A stretch of 56,126 bases of DNA, the filler included, from Sphacelaria rigidula (taxonomy: Eukaryota), in NCBI GenBank assembly GCA_964200075.2. It is 4 parts of 4 records of this genome, joined end to end, with 100 filler letters (N's around TTAATTAATTAA, not from the genome) between each part and the next. Parts side by side here need not be neighbours in the genome. Positions count along the whole stretch, not along the records: positions 14,058 to 28,014 come from CAXNAA020002553.1; positions 28,115 to 42,070 come from CAXNAA020002554.1; 2 more parts are not named here. One strand, given 5' to 3'. The position numbers were made by a program, and so were the translations under genes. The notes under the pieces are model-generated. The model was not told the DNA's origin. It did no database searches and worked only from the letters and a program-made list of their open reading frames with translations. Position 1 is the stretch's first letter. Each line of letters starts with the position of its first letter. Below, in pieces: positions 25,927 through 39,293 of the stretch.

Positions 25927-26409
25927 AGACCATCTTTCACAGCAACGAATCTCGATTTGTACAAATATGAGGATTTCAGTCCGTCTGCAGGCGATATTCT
26001 CCCGTCCATTGATGTTGATTTTTTGGACCCCAGTCCGTTGGGTAATGTTTGTCGGCTAGCTGTGAGAAAACCAGATCAATCCTCCCTTTCTCTGGACGTT
26101 GACTTTTGATATATCACCTTTTTGCTCAAATCGGGACACTCACGCATGTCCCCTGCATGCCCCCCGATTATTTTCAAACATCGGGGACGACGCGGGAGTG
26201 TCCCGATTTGAGCAGAAAGGTGATGTACGAAAGTCAACGTCCAGGGAATCGGAGGATTGATCTGGTTTGCTCGCAGCTAGCCGAAAGACATTGCCCAACG
26301 GACTGGGATCCGAAAAATTATAATCAATAAACGGGAGAAAATCGCCTGTAGACGGGCTGAAATCCTCCTATTGGTACGAATCGATATCGGTTGCCATGAA
26401 AGATGGTCT
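25927..26409. mobile_element. Foldback MITE, near-complete palindrome
   Basis: AGACCATCTTTCA.. / ..TGAAAGATGGTCT with about 210-bp imperfect arms; another end fragment at about 26921. Confidence 0.8.
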
Positions 26410-27193
26410 TAGTACAACAGGTGTACGATACTTGCGGTAGTACTCGGTCCTGCAAAAACCGACAGCTGCAACCAGTGCAGTCAACCATTTACAGTTCAAG
26501 TGCGGTGTTATCAAGGCTTCTGTTTCTCATGAGGGCATGCATTTCGGCATAAAACGGGGTTTTGCGCATAAATTAAACGTCTCTTTTTCAAACATCACGC
26601 GTTTCGAGATTTCAGCATAACAACGGAATAAAAGCTAAGTTTTGCGCATAACTTGGCGCATATAGGACTCCGACGGGATTATGCACCCTCTACCCAGCAG
26701 CTACTAGCTGCACACAGGTGCTTCATGTAGCGTGGCTCGTGGAGTCGTGGCGTTTGTGTTCGTAGTTTCATTTGTTGAACTTTGTTGCGGGTATGGTATC
26801 GGTTATTGTGCTGTATGTGAACTACTTCATGTCATATGAAAGTGATTAAGACACAAATGTGGCATATTTCAAATCAGACGGCGGCTTCCGCCACAACGTC
26901 ACACGCGAAAAAGGCGCACAAGACCATCTCTTATGGCAACGAATCTCGATTTTTTCTACTCTGACTCGCGAACTCAGAATCGGGGGGAACGTTTTATGGC
27001 ACAGTCAGTATCACAGATGTGTAAAACAGTTCTTTACACATAGTCATTTTCTGCATTAATGTGGTATTGCGTACTCGTGCATGAAGCCGAAGAGCAGGCA
27101 CGCGGTGAATAATCCTTCGAGTACAGTGTCGTACCTTGGTATCCTATTATAGGGTAATACAGGCTGGGCCGCCTGAGACGCGGACAGGGATGT

Positions 27194-27825
27194 GAACACG
27201 CGATTTAGCAGCTGACTTTCAGGTCGTTTTCTATGACGTTGTGACACGATGTACAGGATGTATGTGCAAAGACGCCACCTTCTCCACCCTACATTTGTTC
27301 TTCTTTTGGGGGGAAGTATTCACGATTTTGTTCCGAAATAAACTGTTCTGAAATGTTTGGTTGCCGATAACTCACGGAGAAAGAAACGAAATGTAGGGTG
27401 AAAAAAATGGCGTCTTTGCACATACATACTGTACATCGTGTCAAAATTTCATAAAAAACGACCTGTAATTAATTTGCTAAATCGCGTGTTCGTGTTCAGG
27501 ACTGGTTCCTACGTAGAGATGGACCAGCCACGAATAAATGAAACGCGGTTAGGCTGTTCAATTGCAAGTATTTCCTCGATACGATGCGCATGAGGTATGT
27601 TGTGAAGTCCCTACTGCCCCCCCTTGACATGTTTGTTTTTATTCGATGAGTTGTCGACGCTCTTGTACCCGGAAAACTGTTCCGAATTTTAGATTACCAA
27701 TAACTCACGAGGGGAAGAGAAAATAAAGAGGGGGAAACGGTAGGGGCTTCACATATACCCAATGTATATCGTGTCAAAGTTTCATGGAAAACGACTTGAA
27801 ATCGAGCAGTGAAATCGTGTTTTTG
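27194..27825. repeat. Two tandem, related foldback units of about 300 bp each
   Basis: 27194-27491 has arms GAACACGCGATTTAGC..GCAAAGACGCCA / TGGCGTCTTTGC..GCTAAATCGCGTGTTC; a diverged second unit lies at about 27540-27825. Confidence 0.7.
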
Positions 27826-28014
27826 TGTCAAGAAAGGGTTCACTTGCTTTTAGAGTAGAACAACCTCAGCCCGAACTTTGACGTTTTCTACAAGCCCGAC
27901 GCCTTGGGGCGCTAGAAGTCTCGTCTGCGTGCCACCTCAGACCCTGCGCGCGTACAGTACGACATGAAATGCTGTACAACCACAACTAGTGCAGCACCAT
28001 CACTTTGCGGCCGC

Positions 28015-28114
28015 NNNNNNNNNNNNNNNNNNNNNNNNNNNNNNNNNNNNNNNNNNNNTTAATTAATTAANNNNNNNNNNNNNNNNNNNNNNNNNNNNNN
28101 NNNNNNNNNNNNNN
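28015..28114. other. Artificial contig linker (N44-TTAATTAATTAA-N44)
   Basis: Same 100-bp structure, linker at 28059-28070. Confidence 0.98.
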
Positions 28115-29415
28115 CGATACAAGCAAACAGAAAGAAAGAAGAAAGAAAGAAGAAAGGGAGTACATACTGCCAACCTCAGAAGTAGTATTCATGATATCAG
28201 GCGTAACAAATGATCCGGATCTTCATATACTCCTTCACGACACTCGGTGGATGAAGGACTTTTTTTTACTCATTTGAGCAAAAACAACGCACCCGCGCCC
28301 TTCAATAGCACGCATGGCCTTCAATACGGGGCTGAAGTAGACCCCGTACTCGACCGTTCACGGTCCACCTTCGTCGAGGTTGGGGTCATGGTTGGCGTTA
28401 TGGTGTAGTTGGGTTCAGCCGTATGAAGACCTAGATCCATCAATTTACGCCTGAAATGGTAAATACCTCTTCATGCGCACTGGGAATAATTTCATCAACG
28501 GTGTGTGTAGAGAACGTTCCTGGTGTTCCTCGGGTTCTGCGATCCCAATGCCTCGCACAATATCCGCGCGGGGTTTCCGACCAACATGACCACGAGAGGA
28601 TGACTTTCAACACAAAGCAGCCTCAACAGTCAGGGCTCCGACTGCTGGCTTCGCGGTAGCCAGTCCAACTTGGCAGCAAGGAGAATTTTCGTGTGCTTGA
28701 CCCAAAGAAAACGAATGGAGGCAACGTCGTTGATTGATGCAGAACAAGACACCTGAGAGTTTCGGAAAACGCTTTTTTTGTCATTTCAGAGTGCAAATAT
28801 CTCAGGATCAGAGTGTGACGATAGATTATGCCCCCGTCGGTCAAATCTGGTATCCCCTTAACATGTTTTTCGGTGAGTTTTTATTTTTTATTTTTGCTGT
28901 CTGATCCTGAGATATTTGCGCTCTGAAATGACAAAAAAAGTGTTTCCCAAAACTCTCTACCGTACCTCGCAACGGGGGTTTTACTGCTGTGACCAAGCCC
29001 AGTCAAATTGAAATTCAAGGTGAGACTGCGGAGCAACAGTCTCAGCGGCAGCTCCAAGAAACGCACTGATGGCGAGTCATACTTGCACTGAGCATGCCTT
29101 CACAAAACAAGGGCAACGGTATTTCGGTTGGTCTGCGGTGTAGCGCACAGGGGTCAACCACCTCGCAAAGGGAGCTCCAACCCACCACGCGCAAGTGATT
29201 GCTCCTTCGACGCTTTTCATTGGTGTATTTTTCGAAGCCGTTCAACTCTTTCTTCGAAAATGTGCATCGATCCTGTCTCTCCGGAGCTCTTATCTCTGTG
29301 AAATGACCAACGGACACTGTGACTAAGCGAGAAGTCAAATGTGTTCATGACATTTTTTTTCGACAGAACGCGAGGCCGTGTTGCACAACAACGCGCGCAA
29401 TCGATCGCTCCTCAC

Positions 29416-29511
29416 CTTGTACATCATGTAGGGATTTCCTGTTTCTGTCTGGGCGTCTAGAATGGCGAACCACAGGTCTTGCGCGCGGATTTTCCGCATG
29501 TACTTGCCCTC
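29416..29511 (-). CDS. RRM1: RNR R1 exon 9 ([32 protein letters not shown])
   Basis: 96 nt, CAG| acceptor, AAG|GTGAG donor. Confidence 0.95.
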
Positions 29512-32500
29512 CTGTTAAGCACAAGTTGTACACGGAAGGAGGATCGAAGTGTTGGCGTTTCCATGTGTTTCTTTTCTCTCTCCAAAGACCCAATCAAACC
29601 GATACGAGAATATACCGCAAAGAGGTAAGGTCGGATCATTTATGCAGAAATGTGCCGATCGAACAAGCAAAAATAAGCTCCCGAAATCCACAAAGAGACA
29701 TTTTCACCTACTTTATATGGAAGTATTGTAACCACACTGGTAATTACGATTACCCCCCAAAAACTCATAGCTTCCCCAGGCGACGCATAACCAGAGGATC
29801 GCTTTCGCCATTATGGCATTCCATTTCACATTATTGGGATTCTACCCCTCATTGAAACATTCTCTTCTCTTTTGTCGGACTCCAATCACGTCACGAACAC
29901 TCAGAGGGGCACGACCATCTTCCGTATAATATTTGTGCGTGAATAGACAGGGGTATAATTCTAACTTTTATCGCCCGTGGACGCACGAACACAGGCCTAA
30001 CGAGGCTCATGTGCTGTCGAAGAAGAAAAACATACTTATGTCGTTCCGTCCGACCAATGAGATGACTCTGAACAGTATCGTCAGCTATTTCGAGGATCAA
30101 GATGGTTCACTTTTTTTTCGTTTCTTGCTTGGTCACATCGGTGTTCTGTACATTTTCAGCGTCTTCAGCACCGAGGACGGTCCGTAGCTGGGGTGCAGAT
30201 GGGTCACGCTTGCTGTTATCGATCATTTTTCCGGTACTATCGAGGCGCGGAGTATTGTACGGACATTTTGAAAATGGACGGAGGCGTCTTTCTCGTTCCT
30301 CGCGACGTTCCCCACAGCAGACACAGAAGGCGCAACCCCTGCCTGCAGCATCCGGATCAAAGCCAGGAATGACCGAGAACTGGGGTCGGATATCAACCAG
30401 TCCGGCCGACAGATGGACGTGGGCAACGGACAACCAAACTGCCGCGCCTGCCCTTTCGTTATGTGCAACTGACAGACCACCAACGTGGATTACTTAGGAT
30501 GATACCCCCTTACCCCCCCCTCGCGCGCTCCGTCTCGAGAGGGATGCGTGGTCAACGGTCAAACGACTAAGGCAAGCAACAACTGAATACGCCCCCCCCC
30601 CCCCCTCCGGTCCGGCGAAAAGCCAGTGTGCTCCGTCCGAGCTTTGTAGGGATGCGAAGTCAATGTTCTTATGACTAGGGTATGCAAGGTTATGAGAACT
30701 CCCCTCCCCCCCCGCCCCTTGATTCGACAAAGAAATGAATTAGCAACGAGTTTCTCCAATACCACGGTGCTAGCAACGCTGACACATGGCCATTGTTGTC
30801 GCGGAACACTGGTGTAAAAAAATACATCACGGGGGGGGGGGGGGTGCTTTCATAGTCAACCAATAATAGGGAGGCACGGCTATCACCCGTTCATATCTTA
30901 CAACCGACACGATGCACGCAACGGACAAAAACAAGAGAAGCGGCAAAAACCCTCACCTGCTCGTATCTGGTGTACAGCTCTTCGAATTCCTTCCCCCAAG
31001 ACTCAGCCAGGCCCGGGCACTGCGCAGGGCACATGAGGCACCACTCCCCGTTCTCCTCGACTCGCTGCATGAACAGGTCGGGAATCCACAGGCCATAGAA
31101 CAGGTCTCTGCTCCAAGAAAAGGGTACAGCGAGAAAAAAGCAACAACAACAAGATATCAACTAATCCGCGGGGAAAACAGTGGTTTTCAAAAGTTGTCAA
31201 CACCAAATGTCGCCGTTAACAATATTATCTCACGCGGTGCTCAAATGAACAAATCGAATCAACCCTTCTTCAGACAATTTTTGCAGGCTCGAACCCCGAC
31301 GGTAAGCCCTTTTGTTCCTACTCCTGCCTCGGTCCTAGTCCCAGTGATCGGAACACTTGAGGGCAACGAGCGTTGGAAAATGATCCGATGAAGTCGACGG
31401 CCTGCCTGGAGGAGTGGTCATCACCCAATGCTTGACGGTCAAGTGCAAGGCAGGTACCGAGGGAAAGAGGGGCTGATCTCGTGAGACCACGTACTTGTCC
31501 CGTGGAGGAGAGCGGGGGCGTACTCACTTGTTTGCTTGCCTTAGTCATTTGAGCATTGACCACGCATCCCTTTCGAGACGGAGCACCGTTGCTACCCCTA
31601 CTCCTAAGAGAGGGGGGAGGGGGGTGGGGGGATAAAAGTGCAACAAAATACACGGTCACATTATTTTGGCCCGGTCTGAGTACGGGCGGCTCACACGAAT
31701 GACAACACGACCACCCCGTTGGTCCCATCACCCCCAGTGCAAAACGAAGATAGTACAGCAGGGGTCTTGTAATCGTCCGGTGACCCCAGTGTGCGGTGCC
31801 CCACCATTTGATTGATCGATTGATTGCCGCACGCTAACTGATCCGAGAGGGTTGCCGTGCCCCGGTGGTGTAATGGTCCGACTGTCGCCACTAGGGCGGA
31901 GAGAACGCTTTCCCGATGCGTTGGTTTTTTCTTCGTAGTATCTGATTTTCACCACAATAGAAAGCGTGAGAACGTGAGTCAACAAAGTAGTTGACTGAGT
32001 TTGTTTGACGTGAGCTGACGCGGTGCGGGAGTGCTGATAGTCATGACCCAATCCGCGAGACCGAAATACAAGGCGTGTACCGGAGAGAGATGAGTTGATC
32101 CCTTGAGACCACGGACTCGTCCCGAGGAAGGGGAGGGGTTCAAAGTGCAACAGAAAAAAAGAGAGAGGAATCCAGCCGTAGTCATTATCCATGAGATACA
32201 AGAGCCCAAGGTGAACAACAATGGAAGCCCTTGCGAAATGAATGTCGAGAAGGGGGAAAGACAAGAAAAAAAAAAGCACACTGCAAAAAACGCTGCGGGG
32301 TCAAGATCGCTTGTCAGATGTCTAATCGATAAACGTCTTATGAGGGCCAGCTCGCACGCAGATCGAGTATAAACATCGCGGGTCAGATCGACCCGCATAC
32401 CAGAACAAGTGGACTGGGTTTCAACGGCAATAATGTCACTTCGCTTGTGAAGTCTAGTACTAAACAACGCACGCACGTGACCAGTACACAGTTTTGTACG

Positions 32501-35500
32501 CACATGGAACGAAAATATATTATATGACTTTTACTGGACTTTGCTGGAGAAGAACAAGAATGACAGTGATCACGAAGAGGAATGATGTACCTTGTCATGT
32601 TTAAAGTCACCAGACAAAACAGAGGTCGACGGGGTTTTCCAGCTGTGCAACATAAGACGCGAACATGATTCAATGTTCCTTGTTTTGCCGTGGGCCCGCA
32701 ATGTTGTTCGCCTTCTGCACACAAAACTTGATATTTCGGGTACTGTGTAATCCAGCAAAGTTGATCTGTACCGCAAAGTGTCCCGACGCGGCAAAAGGTA
32801 CAACTGGTCGCCCGTTCGTTGGGCGTCACCTTATCTGTCCACAACTTGTTGGTTCATGGCTACTTTCGTATAATACATCGGCGGCCTGTGCACTTTGTGT
32901 CCACCACCACCATATTACGGCAGACTTACAAAAAGGCAGTACAGATGGCTTTCAGCGGCGTCCCGTCCGGAATACTCTGTTTAATACAAAAAAAACACCA
33001 AGACGGTCGACACTCGCGTCCCACCCGGGAGACTTTGTAAATAATGGGTTTCGCGTTGAACACGTAACAACAATTTGAATCTTGACGGAAAAGTTTGCAT
33101 ACGCGCGGGAATGCGCAACACAGGAACTCTCCATCTCCTCCAGCAGCACCCCTCAGAGGTATAGCTTTCCCACCCTCACCCCAGACACGATGTAACCACA
33201 GCACACACTGTTCTGCACCGTAACCGATAGGCGCAAACAAGTACAGCTCCAACATTACATGGGAACCCGCGCAGCAGTGAGAACCGGAATGCATAGACAG
33301 AGACACTTAATGGCACCAGTTACAGCTTGTTGATCACCCCGCTGTCGTTACTCAAGTGGCCGAGGAGTGACAGCTACATCGACAACAACACATTGACCAC
33401 GACGGCCACATTTCAACTAGACTCGCGGCGAGAGAAACCCAGCCGAACACTCGACCAATAGATGGCAAAAATATAAGGTGTACCTTTTCCTGACCAGTCT
33501 AATACCACAACCTGATGATGATGATGATGATGATGATACTCCTGCTAGTGATGGCAGTAATACTACTACTAATACTAAGAACGAGATCAAAAAGAAGAAG
33601 AGGGAACATCGCACGAACGCTACGCTGCAGGCCAGGACCACGAGGACAATGACACGTACAACGCAAAGCTTGATAAATTTGGCCGACCTGCTGACCGGCC
33701 AGAAACAATGATGGCACGACACAACACTTGATAGAGACGTGTGCAACGCCCGAAACGACGACGACACCAAGGTATAACGGCAACATTTACAGTGTTGCCG
33801 CACAAGCCACAAGCCAACTTGTCCCAGCGGCGTTACTGTTCTAGTTCCCTTCAATATCCAGATCACCACAGAGTCCAAAATACGTGTCACCTCGCGCGCA
33901 GCTCATCCTTGCCGTGGTTCTTCTTCATATCCAACACCTCGAACACGTCGGCATGCCACGGCTCGATGTACACGGCAAACGCGCCCGGTCGCTTCCCGCC
34001 TCCTTGATCCACGTACCTACCGATGAACGCCAAGAACTTGTGCACATCACCATCATCATCTACGAAAAAAATATATATAACATAAAATCGCCTCGTTCAG
34101 CGGCTGAATAACTACCGCTTAACAACAGTCCAAGTATACTAATAATTGATCAATCGTCATCCCTTAGGGTACACACATTGTTTCAGTGACTTTCTGCACA
34201 ACCACGTACCTTCGACGCGCAACACTGCATCAATTTTCACGTTGGGTACGGGCTGAGTCAGTCGAAAAATTCCTCTTGACGATTCAACAGTTTTGCCCCG
34301 CTTGAATTTGGGAGCTGGGAGCTGTAACTCTGAGACTGGATTTATATCAATACGCAGGAAGCAGAGAAAGTTCCGAAGAGCAAAAAGAGAGCAGGAAGCT
34401 GGAGGGATGTGAATTTTTCCAAAGATAACGAGGAAGGTCATAACGCGAGGACAAAAAGAAGACGAGAACTTTTGATCAGAAACTGGTTCTGTTGTCGGGG
34501 TAATTTCTTGTGCAGGAAGTACACTTGTTTCCCCTTTTTAGCGGCAGAGCGTGCCACAGGGATATACTTACATGAGGTTGATTCAGGAAACTGGAAAGAG
34601 ATATCGTGTGCCGAGGGAGTGCGGGTTTCTCGGCTGACCCATCTTGGTACGTATTTCGTGTAAACACGTACCAATTTGTGGTGCGTCTGCTAATGTGCGT
34701 TCGTCAATCACAATCAACCAATCGTATAATTTCTACTTTTTCCTACTGCCTCCCATAAGTCAACTATCTGGGTCACATTTACGCAGGCCCCGATACTAAT
34801 GTGGGGAAATAAGGATAATAAGAATAGTAGTGATAATAATTAGCCGTGGCGGACGCGTGATTTGTTAGAGTTACTTTGAAATCTTCGTTTTGGAGGTCGA
34901 ATTCATGCACTTGTTTTCTTGCGTGTGTGCATCCCACCGGGTGGCCGAACGGCCTGGAAAAAAGAGTCGGCCTAAAAATGGCCGTATTCACCCGTACTCC
35001 AGGGGTAAAAAAGAGTTAATAAAAACAACAAATGTAGGGGGTTCGGCGTTCACAGGTATCAAATTCCCTTTTTTTTAGGAGCTCTCAGAAAATCTTGAGA
35101 ACATTTTCTCAGGTTAGCTCAAACTTACGAATACTTTGGCGCAAAATATCTAGACAAAGTATATCTCCCTTTTTCCCCCCGTTCAGCATCCCCTGTATTT
35201 TATCATCCTAATGAATCTAGCTCTAGCATCCCTAACCCCATGGTTGAGGTGACTCGATCTGCCCCACGTAAACTAGTTTACTTATGGGTCAGAAGAGGTA
35301 TAGCTGACAGTGAGGGTCGGGTCCTGGGCTCCAGGCAAACACTAGATCTACGTTGACGTCTTCGCTTCTTGCTCCGTCTCCACATCCTCACGTGTGTGGA
35401 GCATGACAAAAAAGGAAAATTATATGCGTACTAGATTGCATAAAAAGGCAACAACGGCAAGCTCATAATCGAGAGAGAGAGAAGGCACGCGAAAGGCACA

Positions 35501-38500
35501 CTTCTAGGTACTATGCAATGCATCCCGGTTGCTGCGGTAGCTCAGTTGGTGTAACCTGGATACCTCCTGACCATTGGGACGTGGGTTCGAATCTAGGTGA
35601 AGTCACACAATCTGGGATTTTTTTCTCACATCATGCCCAACAGTGGAGAGCGGCTTTGTCGTGTGGGTGCACAAAGTTTAACTTCACGGTCGACGAGGGA
35701 AAGGGATCGCGGAACCCTTTCGTCAAAAAAGAAATAAAGGCAAGCACCGCAGAGGGAAGGTAATGTACTAAAAAAAAAAACTTGTGTTGACCTTCCTCCG
35801 TGTCACCCCGGCTGATGCGCCCAAATATCTAGATATACAGAAAAATGTAAAGCGTTCAGAATATATGGGATAACAACAGACAATGCACAAAAACGATCGC
35901 ATTGATCTGCCTGAACGAGCACATGACACACATATGGGGCTTCAGCTAGGAATGGATACACACATAAAACACAAGAAGCAAATAGTCAATATCTTCATGT
36001 TTACATAGTGTGGATAAAATCGAGCACCTCGCTGTGGCGTCGAAGACCCTGAGCATCGGCACTAGGCCGTTGGAGATCCCTTTAGTGCCACGAATGTAGC
36101 TCCCCTTTGCCCGAATAGCATGGGCGCTGAGTCCAATGCCCCCCGCGCTCTTGCTTATGCAGGCACACTGCTCCGACGATTCAGAAAACGAAGGTCGTGG
36201 ACGTGGGGTGAAATACAGGGATAGGGATGCGCGGGGTTATTGCCCATTACCCCCCCAATTCGATGGGACATGAAAAAAAATGGAACATAAGACAGTGAGA
36301 AAATGATCGCTATACTAGGGGATATAGATGGTGGCCACAGACAGCCGAACAGGACAGGCAAAAGAGTTACGAAAATAACGTAACGAGTGCCGAAGTATTG
36401 GAGGTGTCTCTACTAGGGGTAGGAACGGTGATCCGTCCCGAAATGGATGCGTGGTCAATGTTCAAATGACGAAGGAAATCAACAAATTAGTATGCCTCCC
36501 TCCCCCCTCCCCCATTCAATCGTGACGATATAAAAATCCGTAAATTATGACTGCAATTCGGATATTTATGAAAATCTGTAATGACCGCAAGCTGTGAAAG
36601 TGTGTTGGGGGGGCGTACTCATTTGTTGCTTGCCTTAGTCATTTGACCATTGACCACGCATCCCTTTCGAGACGGAGCACGAAAGTGTGTTGGGGAGGTC
36701 GCATTAGAGTGCGAGCCAGACAGCAACTTCATCGGTGGAGTATGGAGGATACTATTTCTTACCCTAGAGTGTGTCAACGTATCTCAACCCTCGTTGCTCA
36801 AAAACTACGCCGCTGAGTTGTAATAAGCAGAGGAGAAATGTGCTCAGCAAATTTAGAGGAATGTGGCGAAATTTTAGCCAACCCCCTCGTGCCTCATGAA
36901 AACATATCGGAATGTACAAGGTGTGATGCACCAATTGGTGTTTTCATGAGTCTACGTAAAAGAAGAGTAGCCCAGTGGTCATGCCATCTTTACTGGCGGA
37001 CAGTATGATTGGCGAACAGGGTTCGCGTTCAAGAGTCCAACAGTTTTCACTATTCGATCTGGGCTATAATATTTTCTCACATCATGCCCCACAGTGGAGA
37101 GCGACCATGTCGTGGGTACACAAAAATTGACTTCACCGTGAACAAGGGAAGGGACAGCTGAACCCTCCTCGCGATAAAAATAAAAAGGAAGGCAAGCACC
37201 GCAGAAGTAAGGTGGAGTGCTAAAAACAAAATGAAAAAAGCAATCTGTGTTGACATTCCTCCTGCGTGACCCCGGCTGATGCGCCCACATACATATACCG
37301 AAAGGTGTAGACTGGCGTTCACAAAAGATGGGATGACAACACACACCACACACGCTGCCTATTACTCTCAATAGATATAATGAAGTACAGCATCATCGTC
37401 CACAGTGGGGCCAGGTCGACCCGGCACAGTGCCGGTCCGATAATCCCACCTGCTTAAGCGTATCGTATATCCCGCCTATGCTATCCTCCTTCATGGTGAG
37501 CAGGAAGCAGCTTGACAGCTGTGGTTGGCAGGTTCCCGCGTGGAACAGCGTAGGCGACGCGTGTATAAACCACTTTTCGGACATGAGGTGGTACGTTTCA
37601 AATGCCGCCTGAGCGACAAAAACGCAAACGCAGATGGAAAATAACGACAGCAAGCAGAATCAGGCATTTTGTTTTTACCAAAACGACGGGTTAAAGCGTT
37701 CTCGTCAACGATAAAACATTGTGCAGGTCGATCGGATCCACATCCTCCAGGCACCGCTGTTTTCGAAAAATGGAGCATGACAGCAATCACATCTTGATAA
37801 GACAAAACGCAAACATCGTATGTTCTCATGTCCTTCTAGTTCTCGCATCACCTAAAACTCCACGGAACACTCGAGTAAATAATTTGATGCAACGTGAGCA
37901 AGCTTCCCCATGAAGCGAAACACCGTCCTCAGGTTAAGTCCAAAAGTGGAACAGGTCAGGATTTAATTCTCTTCACGTACCCGAGTTTTGTTTTGTCTTG
38001 GGTACATCCATCATGTGACCGCGGCTAGACCCCTGGGAGGTCAGTTAAAGTGCGGCAATAAATCAATCGATCAATCAATCCTCACGGTGAAACACCCATG
38101 CGGCAGGCCGTGTAACCCGTGGTTGTCTCTGGAGGTGGATACCAGAAAATGAAGTAACTCATTCGAGGCTGCCATGCATACTCGAGACACCTGAAAAAGT
38201 AGGCTTCGGGCCGAACACGCTTCGCCGGATGCAGATCACCCCTCATGCGACTCGCCGAACACATCACGGCGCTTCGCGCTTGGTGATTGCCCGCGAAAAC
38301 TCGTCGTGCTCCGTCCTGGCTCTGCAGGGATGCGAGGTCAATGGTGTTATGACTACGGCATTCAAGATCATAAATATTCCGCGCTTTCTCCCCTCCCGAT
38401 TGGTTGGCTCACCTCCAGGTCTTCCCCGTGTATAGCAATGGCGATGCGCATAAACATGTACTGCGGCCGCTCCATGACTCTGGATCCAAGTTTCAACAGA

Positions 38501-39239
38501 TAAGCCCTTTCCAACGTCTGCATGGGCGCAAGGGCAAGACAATGAGAGCAAAGAAGGGCCGTCCCTGTATCAAGATACGTCCACTACAGGAGCTGTATTC
38601 GGGCCATCAGCTCGGAGCAATGAACCCAAAATTCAGCGCCCCCTCCGATCAAAGCCTTCCAGACAACCAACAGCCAGCGGGGATTGGGACTGCATGAGCC
38701 AGCCGATATTTGGCATTCCGAAAGTATCGTGGACACAGCCACGGTGTTCAAATGGTGGGTGCGAGTGCAGTGTCATGAGAACCCTAGGAGCACCAGCCGA
38801 TAGAAAGAGCTCAGTGACCAGGTTTCCCGGTATATCTGCGTTCGGCGGTGGTAGCTGCATTCGAACCTTGAAGCCGAAGTAATCGAAGGAGAAATCGCGC
38901 TCGTGCTGTACCTCCGCGTCGATTACGTCGCGGTACTTCATGACAGTGGCGTGCACCTGTGACAGGGGGAAGCGCGCACCAAGTAAAAAAAGAAGGAAGA
39001 TCTTGATCAAAAGCGCGAAAATCGTTTCCGTGACATGTCCTCGAGAAGACGACGCTTTTTCACACAGAGAGATGATCGAAAGGACACCTCTGATATCGTA
39101 CCATAGCGTGTGGCACGTGAGAAATTTCAGTTTCAACACATCCTGTCTTCATGTCTCACGGTAAGCGGTCACAGCGAAAGATACATTCGCCGAAGATGTA
39201 ACAACAACAAGAACAACGACGACAACGACAACAACAACC

Positions 39240-39293
<54 letters not shown>

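Noticed and set aside
35531..35600. tRNA gene
   Set aside because: A and B boxes are present but there is no coherent cloverleaf, and it continues into a repeated body: a SINE head
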